Positions 1 to 10,810 of a stretch of DNA of 64,000 bases are shown here, one piece after another (position 1 is the first letter of the stretch; each line of letters starts with the position of its first letter). This stretch comes from the human T2T-CHM13v2.0 reference genome, Homo sapiens. The DNA lies in assembly GCF_009914755.1 (NCBI RefSeq), contig NC_060940.1; one strand, 5' to 3'. The notes beneath the pieces were generated by a model, which searched no databases, had not been told where the DNA came from, and saw nothing but the letters and a program-made list of their open reading frames with translations. The translations under genes and the position numbers were made by a program.

Positions 1-290
1 CCATCCATCCATCCATCTGTTCATCCTTTTATCTATCCTGTGATTGGCACTGTCTAGTAATGCAGTTGTGAACAAAACACACAGTAAACCCCCACCCTTG
101 AGAACTTAGCAACTGGTAGGAGAGACAGACCACAGACAGGTGAGGAATCAATTTAATAGTTATATGTAAGGTGCAAATTTTGTAACAGAACTAAACAGAA
201 TGCTGAGAGAGGGAAAGAGATAATGAATGGGGAAACCCTAGTGAGAGAAAGTAGGCACAGATGGCCTGGCCAAGAGGATCATATTTAAGC
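1..290 (-). mobile_element. L2 LINE 3' fragment with (CCAT)n tail
   Basis: CCATCCATCC tail, then ggcactgtctag...gtgaacaaaacac...ggagagacagac, typical of an antisense L2 3' end. Confidence 0.6.
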
Positions 291-402
291 CAAAATCAAG
301 AAGGGGCAGCCTTCTTGATTGCAAAATCAAGAAGGGGCAGCCTTCTTGATTGCAAAATCAAGAAAAGGCAGCCTTCTTGATTGCAAAATCAAGAAAAGGG
401 CA
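291..402. repeat. 31-bp palindromic tandem repeat, about 3.6 copies
   Basis: Unit CAAAATCAAGAAGGGGCAGCCTTCTTGATTG at 291, 322, 353 and partial at 384. Confidence 0.95.
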
Positions 403-1904
403 TTTTAGGTAAAGGAAACATATCCAAAGGCCCTCCAGTGGAGAAGCTTGGATTATTGTATTCATTCATCACCCAGCTACTTAGAATCACTAAGGCATAG
501 CTAGTCTGTGAGGCTTTTCTTTTCTTTTGTATCTGAGGAACCCAAGAAGTTACATGTGAGCTCAAGGTCATGGGCCAGGAAATAGACCACTCAGTACTTG
601 AGCCCTGGCTATTGTTCCCTAGACAGGCCACTGCAGGAGATCAGGAGTGGCCTCTGAAGGCATCAAGATGCCTTCTATAATATTATAAGAGATTTCCATC
701 GTTTGGCTAGAAAAAGATGAATTGGGGCATCTGTTGAGGATAAAAGATATCGTTGTCTGGTGTATTACCTGAAGGGTATAAATGTCCCCCTCCTGATCTC
801 TCCCTGGTATATGATGTGTTGCTTTACAATTATCCCCTTGCGCATGCGGGAGAAGCTGAGGCCAGGAGAGACAAAGAAACTTGGCCCCATCACGTGGAGG
901 GTTTCAGATGGGGTCCAACCCTGGCTTCCGGCTGCTTTTCTAGGATTGCCTCCTCCACTGATCAAGCGACAGCTTACCTGCCCCCTTCATGAGAATCCCA
1001 GAAGGCCAGCCCCAGTTGCCTCCTGTCTCCAACCAGTGTGGCTTTTATCACATGTTCCTTTGTTGGTTTTCCAACCCAGACCAAACCAGGTCACTTAGGT
1101 GTTAGTATGACAAAGTACAATGGCCTGCATTCGTGTCCTTTCTTCCAAGAACGATGCAACCAGGATTATTGATAAGCCAGGCTGCCTGTTGATCTTTGCT
1201 GATGCTAGTCATCCTGTGGTTTCTGACTTTTCACCAAAGTTGTCCAGAATGATTTGTGGTTTGGCCATTAATCTGTAACCAAGTATTTCCCTGCTGATTT
1301 GAAGAAAGCAATGAAACCTACTGTCTGTGCAAAGGGCTAACAGTAAAGCAACACATCAGTACATCACTTACTTGGCCAACATGCGGATGTCAGCTGCTCA
1401 CAGGAGCCTTTCCTAGTGTTTCCAGGGACCCTGCTTCTTTCCGAGAAGGGAGCCTTCAGGGACAAAGATGTAGGAAAGGAACAGTGGTAATGACCCCCAT
1501 CTGTTTTAGTCTAACTTAGCTCTTGCAGCAGATGAATGCCAAATTTTGTGTGTCCCTGACATGCCCGGCTGTGTTCCAAGGCAAGAGAGCAATGATGTCC
1601 TGACTTGTGGCCCAGTGGCGCATCCACAGGCTTGGCATGCCTTGGTCAAGCCATTGCACCTCTGTCAAAGCGGTTGCCCTAGGCCCATCACTGCAGACCC
1701 CAGATCCCCCGCCTCCTTTCTGACCAGAGAGCAGGGGGATGTGTAACTCTGACATCAACTCTGATTGGATCTGTACCCAGATCAATGGTGATTGTGGCTG
1801 TGGGTGAACGAGGTACTCCTGGGATGAAACTTTGGGCTCCTGGCCTCGCCTGCTCACAGGGGTTTCAGAGGCTGCCCTGCAGGGATCATTCTTCAGAGCT
1901 GCTC

Positions 1905-2095
1905 GGAGTTGAGCTTCGGACTCAGACAAACCTAGGGTGCTCTCTCTACCACGTGATGGTGAGTGAGTTACCCCTCCTTCTGGTGTCTCAGTTTCCTCAT
2001 CTGCAAAATGGGAAACTTGCGGCACTCATTGCTCAAGGCTTCTGTAAGGATGAAATGAAATAACATACCCATTAGCTGGTATAGTAAGTTGTAAG
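1905..2095 (+). mobile_element. MIR SINE
   Basis: Core ctcagtttcctcatctgcaaaatggg...gtaaggatgaaatga. Confidence 0.75.
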
Positions 2096-2121
2096 CAAAT
2101 ACCAGTGAAGAGTCTTATTTA

Positions 2122-2594
<473 letters not shown>

Positions 2595-2827
2595 TCAGTT
2601 CAAGATGCCGTATAACTGCCCCAAGTCCATGATCACAGCAACTCTCTAGCAGATTCTGTGGATGCCTCATCCTCCATCCCCTTGGCCCATCTGAGCTGAC
2701 TTGAAGTTGCAGATAGCTCCTGGTAGGCAGACAGCATCCACCCAACACTGTCTTCCTCTTTGTCTTTCTTCTTTTCTTGGGCACCAAGGGAGCTTGCTTG
2801 GGTTAAATGCGTGTGTGCACCCCGGCA

Positions 2828-2862
<35 letters not shown>

Positions 2863-2897
2863 CATGCACGCACACATGCATACACATGCATGCATGC
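2828..2897. repeat. (TG)n(CG)n(CA/TG) alternating purine-pyrimidine tract
   Basis: 70 bp of uninterrupted RY alternation. Confidence 0.9.
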
Positions 2898-2904
2898 CTG
2901 CGTA

Positions 2905-3181
2905 TGCTTCAGCCAATGGGGATCAGAGTCAGTGGCTAAATGGTCCAGCCTCTCCATCCTCCAGGACATGATTCTGAAGTGTCTTTCACACAGTTCCACC
3001 GAGTCCCAGTGGGATCAAGCCCCAGTTGCTCACGGCAGTACCAGATCATGGACAGACCTAATATGGCTTTCCTCCCTTCATTGTCTCGGTTTCTCCCTGC
3101 CTTGCTTGTGCTTCCTGGGATCACCTCCCAAATAAACCATCTGCATCCAACTAGGGTCTGTTCTTAGAGGAACTTAAGACA
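2905..3181 (+). mobile_element. ERVL LTR16-family LTR (3' part; probably extends upstream past the microsatellite)
   Basis: Ends gcttcctgggatcacctcccaaataaac...gggtctg...aagaca, as in LTR16. Confidence 0.65.
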
Positions 3182-3929
3182 GCCCTGAAAGTCCTGCCCC
3201 AAGTTTCTGGGACCAGGTGTCCCCTGGAGCCTCAGCTAAGGGCTTCACCCTGGCCCTTCTGTGGGCTGGCTGTGCCAGAAGACAGATATTATGTCAGCCT
3301 CCTTCTAACGGGCACTCAGCACCTCATCCCTCCACACTGTGTACCATGATTGGGCCTCTTGCTCCAAAACTGTCCCCTACCCATGCACAGCAAGGCCACT
3401 CTGTGACCTGGCTGAACCCTCAGGGTTGGTGCACAGGTCAGCAGACACCTGGTGGGAAGGTGATACTTCTGCTCCTCTCACCAGAGGAGAGAGGGCAAAG
3501 GCCGGAGATGCCTTTCTGTGTACAGACTCGTGGATAGACGGATGTCTTCAGAAGCCTGAATTCCTGGGTTTTTAAAGGACTATGTGAAGCATGGCCTACA
3601 TGAAGCATTTTGAAGTACGCAGAGCTACTCTCAGCCCGACAGCCTCTTTCTTATGCCTCCATCTAGCAGTGTTCAGGTGTCATGTTACTCAGAGGGGGGT
3701 GGTGGAGTGAAATTGGGACATGTGGAGCTAAGAAGGCGTCACATTGGAGGGCTTCTCAGAGACAGACAACACCTGTGGCTCCGGCTGCCACTCCCAAGTC
3801 CACTCTCATGATCAACACAGCCCATTGATTCCCCCTTTTCCCCTCTGGGTCCCATTGTCACTTTAGGGTCTCCTTGGACAATGAATGGGAGGGCAAGGCC
3901 AGGAAGAGGCGGGCAGAGCTCTGGGGAGA

Positions 3930-4830
3930 CAGGGATGAACAAGACAGACATGTTTCCTGCTCTGGGGCAGCTTGCAGACTAATGAGAGTAGATAAAAATG
4001 AACACACATGCAAGATCATTTCAGGTCGTGTTGGGTCCCATGAAGAAAATAAACCAGAGTAATGTGAGAGAAAGTGATGAGTGAGGGAAAGAGTACTTTA
4101 AGTAAGCAGGCCAAGAGAGATCAATCCGAGGGGGTGACTTTGGGCTGTGGCCAGTGTGACCTGGTGGAGTCAGCCAGGTAAAGATCTTGAACGGTGTTCC
4201 AGGCGAGAGGCATAACAAAGGCAGAGGCCTTGAGGTTGGAGGCTTGGGGTGTTCCAGAGCTAGAGAGTAGGACAAATGGGGACAAGGGGTGAAGGTCATA
4301 GCAAGAAATGAGATCAGGAAGAACAGCAGGCCAGGTGACCACGGGCCATGAGGACGAGCTGCATAATTCCATCAAAGGACACAGAGAAGTCACTGGGGGA
4401 ATTTGCAGCAGCGGAATTATATGACCGTATTTGTGTTATTTACCTTTTTCATGATTAAGAGTTGAGGTATAAAATACATTCAGGAAGTGTGTAAGTGCAC
4501 ACATCTTAGTGAGCATGCAATAAATTTCCATCATATGTGCACTTGTGTTGCCTTAGGGTCAAAATCCAGGATATTTCTAGCACCCCAGAGATTAGTGTTT
4601 CTAAAAGATCCCTCTGGCTGCTCCATGGAGAAAGCATTGCAGGGGGCCGAGAGTTGAAACAGGGACACCAGTTAGAGGCAAAGTTTGGTCATCTAGGCTT
4701 AAATTAGGGCAGATGCAGGGATACAAGGGACTTTCAAGACTTTTTTGCTGATAAAGCCAAGAAGAGTTGCTGATGGGCAGACAAAGATGACTAAGAGCAA
4801 GAGGATTAGAGAAGACAATCAGATTCATTT
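3930..4830 (-). mobile_element. L2 LINE, with an old L1 fragment at about 4440-4600
   Basis: gaacaagacagacatgtttcctgctct and ccaggcgagaggcataacaaaggcagaggcc L2 motifs. Confidence 0.65.
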
Positions 4831-4844
4831 GGCTTCAAGAATTA

Positions 4845-5970
4845 GGTGGGCTCGTGCACTGTTGTTAGGAATGTAAATTAGTACAGGCATTAGAGAAAAC
4901 GGAAGGCTCCTTAGAAAACTAAAAGGAGAACTGATCCAGCAATTGCACTTCCGAGTTGATACGGTTCGGCTGTGTACCCACCCAATCTCATCTTGAATTA
5001 TTGCTCCTCTAATTCCCACCTGTTGTGGAAGGGCCCCAGTGGGAGATGACTGCATCATGGGGGCTGTTTCCCCCATACTGTTCTGGTGGTAGTGAATAAG
5101 TCTCACGAGATCTGATGGTTTGATAAGGGGTTTCCCTTTCACTTGACTCTCATTCTCTCTTGTCTGTCACCATGTAAGATGTGCCTATCACCTTCCGCCA
5201 TGATTGTGAGGCCTCCCCAGACACGTGGAACTGTGAGTTCGTGAAATCTCTTTTTCTTTATAAATGACCCAGTCTCAGGTATGCCTTCATCAGCAGCAGG
5301 AAAACGGACTAATACATAAGTATATGTCCAAAGGACGGGAAATCAATATGTTGAAGGGATATCTGCACTCCCGTGGTCACTGCAGCTCTAACCACAGTAG
5401 CCAAGATATGGAAGCAACCTAAGTCTTCATCAATAAATGAATGCATAGAGAAAATGTGGCATATTTGCAGTGAAATACTATTCAGCCTTAAAAAAGAAGG
5501 AATCTCTGTCATTTGCAATAATATGGATGAAATTAGAGCACATGCCAAATAAAATAAGCCAGGCCCAGAAAGACAAATACTGCATGATCTCAGTTACATA
5601 TGGCGTCTGAAACAGTTGAACTCATAGAAACAGAGTAGACTGGTGGTTTCCAGAGGCTGGAATGTGAGGAGATTGGGAAGATGTTGGGCAAAGGATACAG
5701 AGTTTCAGTAAGACAGGAGGAATAAGTTCAAGAGATCCATTGAATATAACATGATGGATAGTGGTGACTGCAGTTAATAACAATATATTGTATACTTGAA
5801 AATTGCTAAGAGAGTAGATTTTAAGTGTTGTCACCACGAAAACAAAAGATGTGAGGTAATGAGTATGTTAAATAGCTTGATTTAATTATTCTACCATGTA
5901 TGCATATATGAAAACATCATGTTGTATACCATAAATATGTATAATTTTACTTGTCTATTAAAAATAATTG
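4845..5970 (+). mobile_element. L1MA-class LINE-1 3' end (ORF2 tail and 3'UTR), split by a THE1 LTR
   Basis: gggatatctgcactcccgtggtcactgcagc, ggaagcaacctaagt, gaggaataagttcaagagatc, ttgaaaattgctaagagagtagat. Confidence 0.85.
4957..5316 (+). mobile_element. THE1 (THE1C-like) MaLR solo LTR
   Basis: TGATACGGTTCGGCTGTGT...GAATAAGTCTCACGAGATCTGATGG...GGACTAATACA; degenerate 5-bp TSD CGAGT/TAAGT. Confidence 0.9.
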
Positions 5971-6044
5971 TAATTAAAAATGATACAGCAAACTATGGAA
6001 AACAGTTTGGCAGTTCCCCAAAAGACTTAAAAAAGAAAGGAATG

Positions 6045-6367
6045 GGCCAGGCATGGTGACTCACACTTGTCATCTAAGCACTTTTGAAGGCCGAGGCAGG
6101 AGGATCGCTTGAACCCAGGAGTTCAAGACCATCTTGGGCTACATAGTAAGACACTGTCTCTACAAAATATTTAAAAATTAGGGCATAGTGGCACATACCT
6201 GTAGTCCCAGCAACTTGGCTTAGGTGGGAGGATCACTTGAACCCAGGAGGTTGAGGCTGCAGTGAGCCGTGATCATATGTACTCCAGCCTAAATGACAGA
6301 GAGAGACTCTGTCTCAAACAAAACAAAACAAAACAAAACAAAACAGAAAAAAAATAATAAAATAAAA
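6045..6367 (+). mobile_element. AluJ with (CAAAA)n tail
   Basis: gaggatcgcttgaacccagg and gaggttgaggctgcagtgagc J-type diagnostics. Confidence 0.85.
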
Positions 6368-7290
6368 GAACAAGGTGAATTGTAGGGCCATGAGGCAGAT
6401 AGAGGAAGGAATGCGTTGGGGTCAGATGCAATAGCTTAGGTGGTTAAGGTAGGTAGTCCCTCGAACTGGCTAATGCAGGAGTGCCTCTGGCCACCCTCTG
6501 CCTCCCCCTGACCCCAGAGCAGAGTCCCCAGGAGATGAGCCCCAAGATGGTGGGATCTGACAACAGAAGTCCCTGATGGCCTTTAGGACATAAGAACACA
6601 GCCCCTGGCTAGCCTGATGGCATCAGCAGAGGTGGGGAGGACGGCTTTGAGTGGACACTGCCTCTCTCTCGGCTGTGTCCCTTGGAAACCTGGGTCACTG
6701 GAAGGAGAGGTGGTGGGCGGGAAGGAACGTCTGCTTGTCACCCATGAGCCATCTGCTCACTAATGCAAACAGCCCTGTTTGTCAGGTGAGGCAAGGAAAA
6801 ATGACTGGGGCAGCCCCACCGCGTAGCCCAGGGAGAGGGGTCTCTGGACCCATGAGGTAATCCTGCTGATGATGTATGGCCCGGAGAAGAGTTGGGTTAA
6901 TGATCTTCCACGGGACCCGGGAGTAAAACACAGTAATTTCATAATACAGCCTGTGATGGATTAAGGCGTGTTAATACCAGGAGTATACATTAAGGGAAAT
7001 GATCTCACTGGCATACTAAATGGCAAAATAAAAGCACTTTTAGAAACTTCCATGATTAATTAGTCTGCCCTTTTAGTTCTGTACCATGATAAAGTAAAGC
7101 TCACTTCTCCTGGTCACCTCCCAGGCAATTCCTCTAAAGCTCCCTGGCCCTCCCACACCCCCGAGGAGGCCAGCCTGGGGTGAGAGCTCAGACCTGCAGG
7201 CTGGGACATAGCCTCACATCCTCTGCCTTGGATGCAAGTCATCATCATCATCATCTTCATCATCCCCATTAGGAGAAGTTACCAAGCTCT

Positions 7291-7375
7291 TAGTGTGTTG
7301 ATCCACCTGAAACTGCCAGTGTTTGATTATTTGAGATTGATTTGAGATTCCACAGAGATCGCAGTTCAACCTAAT
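7291..7375. mobile_element. Possible degenerate MADE2 mariner MITE
   Basis: gttgatccacctgaaactgcc...gttcaacctaat resembles MADE2 TIRs. Confidence 0.35.
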
Positions 7376-7419
7376 CACATGGTTTGGTTTATACTGTGGG
7401 TGAAGCTCTTTGCAAAGGA

Positions 7420-7720
7420 GAGGCATGCAGAGCTGAGAAATGTGGACTCTGCTGTCATGCTGTCTAGTGTGGACCTCAGCTCCTCTACCTGCCAGCTGCG
7501 CAATCTTGGGCAAGGTATAGAACCTCTTTATGCCTCAGTTTTCTCTACAAAATGGGGATAATATGAAAACTACCCCATGTGGCTATGGAGATACAAGGAG
7601 GTGATTTATTTAACACGAGTTCATATGGTATTTACTGCATAGCAGGCACTGCAAATGCATGCCCAGGACTTTCAGCAGCCCTGCCACATAGTAAGTGCCC
7701 AGTCAATGTTAGCTACTGAT
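7420..7720 (+). mobile_element. MIR SINE
   Basis: cttgggcaagg...gcctcagttttctctacaaaatggggataat...cacatagtaagtgc. Confidence 0.7.
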
Positions 7721-8859
7721 ATGCTGGCTCTGTCAATACCACTCAGCTGCCCAGAGAGGCAGTAATCATTGACATCCCCATTTCACAGGTAGGAAAAGCT
7801 GAGGCACAGAGTTCATGGGTTGCTGAAGCTCCTATTAAAGGGCAAGGTCAGAATTAGATCCAGACAGGCTGACCTATGAGTCTTTCATCAGTGTGCTTCC
7901 CGAACACCCTTGTCCCCAGCTCCCTCTCCTTGGGAGGAAATGTCTGCTTTAGTTCTTCTCAGAGGTGGCAACTCTATAACCTGAGTCAGGAAGAGCCTCT
8001 GAGCTTGCATTGAGGCATTTCCCATCTGGATGCTGCTTTTGTTGTTGGAAGAGCCTCCTGGAAGCCAGATCCACACCATTGAGGATCCCCATATTGGAGA
8101 CAGCTGCCAGAGATCCAGAGTAAAGGCTCAACAACGCCACTTACTCACTGGGATACTCCGGGTGAGCCGCCTGCCTTAGTCTCCTCACCCTCCAGGGTCA
8201 TGGTGAGACATTAAAAAGACAAGGCAAGAGGAGGCTTTGCAGCCTTCACAGTAAAGAACAGATGTGAGGTGGGATTAACGATCCCTGCTGACAGGCCAAT
8301 GGGGAGCCTTCCCCACAGTCTTGCTGCCCGCCCTCTGCTGCAGGAGCACTAAGGAAAGTTCTTTCCTGAGCAGCGGCGGCCATGGCAAGCAGCTGGCTTC
8401 CAGCCAAGCCTACCTTCCATCTGGCTCTTCCCAGGCTCCCAGTCTACCTGGCTGGCATCCACAGGAGTCTTCATGCAGATTGCTTCACCTGCTGAGATGC
8501 CAATAACTGATGGTTCATCAGACAGCTCCCCTGTGTCACCCTGGAAACTTCCTGCATCTTATAGACCTCATTAGCCTCCTTCTTAATCATTCATCCCTTT
8601 AACAATGACTGGGTGTCCACTCCTGCTTGGGCCAGCTGGGGTGCATCAAGAATACAACAGAACAGTTCCTGGCCCTTGTGGAGCTTATATTCAAGTGGCA
8701 GTAGGCAGATACTGGCCACCCATTTCAGGGCTTATTGAGAGAAGATAGGAACAGAATTCTATCTCCAGAGAATATCCAGGGCAAGCATGGTAAACTCCTA
8801 CACTTCCCACGTCTGGGCAAGGAGCATCAGTGGATGCAGCAGGTCAGATGGGATGCAAA

Positions 8860-9126
8860 AGGGAGTGGTGAAGACTGCAGTGCTCTGAGATCACGTTTCT
8901 GTCTACAGGAGGTGGCTATTGCTCAACTCCAGCCAATGGCTGCCACGTGGGAATGTAGGCCCAGTGGTCCTATCTAGAGAATTTGGAAATCCTGATATGT
9001 TTCTGGAAATTTTCTGATTTTTAAATATTAGCAATTAATTCAAAAATGTTTTAACATCATTGAGTTAAGTGAAACCCATCTGCTCACCAGATCTGGACCA
9101 CACCCTGGCAGTCAGTAACATCTGGT
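8860..9126 (-). mobile_element. MER102-like hAT-Charlie DNA element
   Basis: ctcaactccagccaatggctgccacgtgggaatgtaggcccagtg...gcaattaattcaaaaatgtttt; related copies at 33.5 and 43.6 kb. Confidence 0.6.
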
Positions 9127-10611
9127 TCAGGGCATCGTTGTGCACCACTGTTGATTGACTGGGCCCTTTGCTTGTGTACAGCACTCTACAGTGTGTACAA
9201 CACTTTCCCAGAGAAGACCTCATTTTGTGCTCGTAACAGCCTGGGGAGGAACAGTGTCACCAGGTGTCCCTTCAGTGAACGTGATCTGAGACCAGACATG
9301 CACCAGTCATTCTACTAGGCAAGGGTATATTTGGCAAATGATACATCAGAGGAGTTGAGCGACTCAAATGTGCTGTGACCAGCAGGGAATTCTTTCCGGT
9401 ATTGAAAAGAGTTTCTCTCTTATCTCTGCAAGACCCAAACATAAATCCTGTAGCTGCCGCTGAGATTGAGAGGCCCAGAGCTTGACTCCCTGGGTTCACT
9501 CCTAGCTGTAGTGTTCTGTCATGAGCATGCAAAGTGGCAACGATAATAGCAACAGGACCTACGTCATAGGGCTGTTATGAGGATACACCACAACGATGCA
9601 CTTAAGTGCTTCCTTCAGTGTCAGCACTCAGTGAGTATTGCCATTCTCGTGGGGGATTTTACATTTTTGGAAATGGTGTTAATTGGAAATTTTAATGATA
9701 TGAGCCAATGCCTATTATGCAATGTTAAATTTTTAAAAAGCAGGCACCAGATAGGCTAACTTTATTTTTGTATTCATAGGCCAAATGCTGGAAAGAAGCA
9801 GAAAGGGAGATGCATAAAAACAGGAGTAATTTGAGGTACTAGGATTCTGGCTGATTTTAATTTTCTACATTATAACTTTCTAAGTTTTCTATAGTAAGCA
9901 TGTGTTGATTTGAAATCAGTGCAGGATAATTTATTTTTTAAAATTAGGTTCCCAGTCTTCCGGAAAACAAAAAAATTCAGCTTTAACCTTTCCCTCCCTA
10001 CCCGGCCAACTGCTTTCCAGAGAGCCCCCTACTGTCAGAAGTCCCACTCTGTCTTGCATTCCCAAGGCCATCTGAAGGGTAGGTTCCTGGGCACCATTCT
10101 CTCTGCAATCCCTGAGGAGACGGGTCCCATGACTTTCTGACCCAGTCGCCAAACCAGAACATACACAATCCAGTCCCAAACCCAATCACCCTTGCTTGCC
10201 AGTAGGTCCCACCAGGGCAGGGGTCTGTCAGAAGAAGTCATCCTGCCCCACCCTCCACAAGCCAGAAGACAGAGGAGCCCGTTGCAGATTCATCCTTCCC
10301 ACTGCCCAGGGCAGAGGCACCAGAATTGGCCTGTTAACATTAACGTCTCAGAAAGTCCTTAGATTATTTGCTGGCATAGACTGAGTACTATACAGTTTGA
10401 TTATTTATTTCCTACTTTTTACAAAGCTCCTAGGAGTGCCAAAAAAAAGGAAAGGAGAAAACCAGGAGCAACCTGTCTCTTTTTCTACGTGCATGTGCAC
10501 TAATGAATGAATGAACGGATGAATGAGTGATGCAGGCTGCTGTGGAATCTTTGCCTTTGCTGTGAGACCATGGGCTCCTGAAAGCGAATTCATTTCCTCT
10601 AAATCACATAC

Positions 10612-10810
10612 CTGTTGGGTGGGGGGACGGGGGAGGGATAGCATTAGGAGATATACCTAATGCTAAATGACGAGTTAACGGGTGCAGCACACCAGCATGG
10701 CACATGTATACATGTAACTAACCTGCACATTGTGCACATGTACCCTAAAACTTAAAGTATAATAATAATAAAATTAAATTTAAAAAAAGAGGAAAAAAAA
10801 AGAAAAATAA
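10612..10810 (+). mobile_element. L1PA3-like LINE-1, heavily 5'-truncated 3' end
   Basis: gggatagcattaggagatatacctaatgctaaatgacgagttaa...gtaccctaaaacttaaagtataat plus A-rich tail. Confidence 0.92.

Noticed and set aside
291-402. CRISPR-like palindromic 31-bp repeats
   Set aside because: Units abut with no unique spacers, there are no cas genes, and the context is mammalian
750-1500. Possible processed pseudogene or ERV internal segment
   Set aside because: The frames I translated have early stops and no recognisable protein; cannot be assigned without a search
10612-10810. Young polymorphic L1HS insertion
   Set aside because: 3'UTR diagnostics (gctaaatgacgagttaa) are L1PA3-like rather than Ta, and no clean TSD is visible
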